Below the pieces are notes generated by a model, which was not told where the DNA came from, did not search any database, and worked only from the letters and a program-made list of their open reading frames with translations. The translations under genes and the position numbers were made by a program. DNA of 64,000 nt from Octopus sinensis (taxonomy: Eukaryota): contig NC_043009.1 in NCBI RefSeq assembly GCF_006345805.1, positions 65,968,001 through 66,032,000 of the forward strand. Direction: 5' to 3'. Position 1 is the stretch's first letter, and each line of letters begins with the position of its first letter. Shown here piece after piece: positions 62,844-64,000 of the stretch.

Positions 62844-63199
62844 CATTATCATTATTATTATTATGGTATATAATATTAATAAGAATAACAACACTGAACA
62901 AAAAATACTAAGATACTGAATAAGATCAATAGTCAGAACTAACAATGTTCCACCCTCACCACCAATACCATCTCTATTGCTGCTGCTAATACTACTACTA
63001 CTACAACCAGCATCACTACCTTCCACTTCACCACCTATCCTCTTCCCCCCCCCCTCACCAATGCTGTTTCACTAAAGCTCAAGGAATATAATCTCTGTAA
63101 TGATATTACAAGAATATTGAAATCTTTGGAATTTCTTATAGCAACTGGCGGATAAAAAGATGTTTATCTTGTATTATGAGGATGGGCAAGGAATTGAGG

Positions 63200-63720
63200 G
63201 ATGCTGCTGTTGATGATGGTGGTGGTGATGATGATGATGATGATGATGATGGTAATGATTATGATGATGATGGCGATGGTGATGATAATGGGGGTGGTGA
63301 TGATGACAGCGATGATGATGACGGTGATGATGATGATGATGATGATGATGGCGGTGAGGATGATGACAGTGATGATGAGAAGGAGGAGGAGGAATTGTTG
63401 ATGGTGATTGTCTTAGTGATGATAATCATCATTGTGATCATGAACATGAGGAGTTTGTTGGTGGTGGTCATGGTGATGGCATGTGGTTGTTGATCATGTA
63501 CAAATGACGATGATGATGATGGTGAAGGGTATAATGGTGGAAGTGATGATGGCAACGATAATGATGACGATGGCAGTGGATGTTATGGTGGTAGTAATGA
63601 TGATGATGATGATCACAATGATGGCATTAATGGTAATGATGATGATTATGACATATCGATGATAATGACAAAGATCTTGGTTATGATGATAATAATGATG
63701 ATGGCTCATGAGCAGGTATT
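63200..63720. repeat. (GAT/GGT)n degenerate trinucleotide tract
   Basis: Directly visible; source of the poly-Asp/Met ORFs. Confidence 0.92.
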
Positions 63721-64000
63721 CCTTAAGTCAGGAATGTCTTTTTGTTGCTGATCTTCTGAGCCATGAAACAAATGATGATGATGATGATGAAGACTAAATC
63801 TCATGAGTTGTTGCTTTGTAGCCCTGAGTTAACCTTCTTCAAGCCAACCTCTGATCACGGTACACCATCCATGACCACCTCACCTTTTTTCAGATGGAGT
63901 GTATCGAGGACTACATTTAGCAAATAGACTTGAGTTTTTAAAAGTTAATAGAGTGTGATTTGAGGGAGATTTGGCAGCTATTTCTAGCAGACCGAACAAC

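Overview
AT-rich, repeat-saturated eukaryotic DNA with no recognisable intact protein-coding gene, RNA gene or CRISPR array. The repeat set (tRNA-headed SINEs, RTE LINE 3' ends with (GAT)n tails, very long TA/CA/GAT/AAT microsatellites) is what I associate with Octopus-type coleoid cephalopod genomes. That assignment is inference, and the window is probably intronic or intergenic. Nearly all ORFs in the track are microsatellite translations. The protein-like segments are transposon relics: RTE LINEs (19352-20508, 8573-9235, 41595-42790), an R4/Dong-like element (56676-58308), a HERO-like element (36780-37130), a mariner transposase (37620-38290) and Penelope-like fragments (215-500, 9930-10590). 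Four observations stand out. (1) Several short repeat families carry decayed minimal hammerhead-ribozyme-like cores, and some sit in near-perfect foldback hairpins beside (TA)n. (2) The commonest interspersed repeat is the modular, stem-loop-rich 3' UTR of an RTE LINE. (3) RTE ends recur as head-to-head doublets. (4) A few unique islands carry candidate splice or regulatory signals. Family names A-K are my working labels. Element boundaries were read by eye and are approximate (about +/-20 bp) unless a TSD or motif is quoted.
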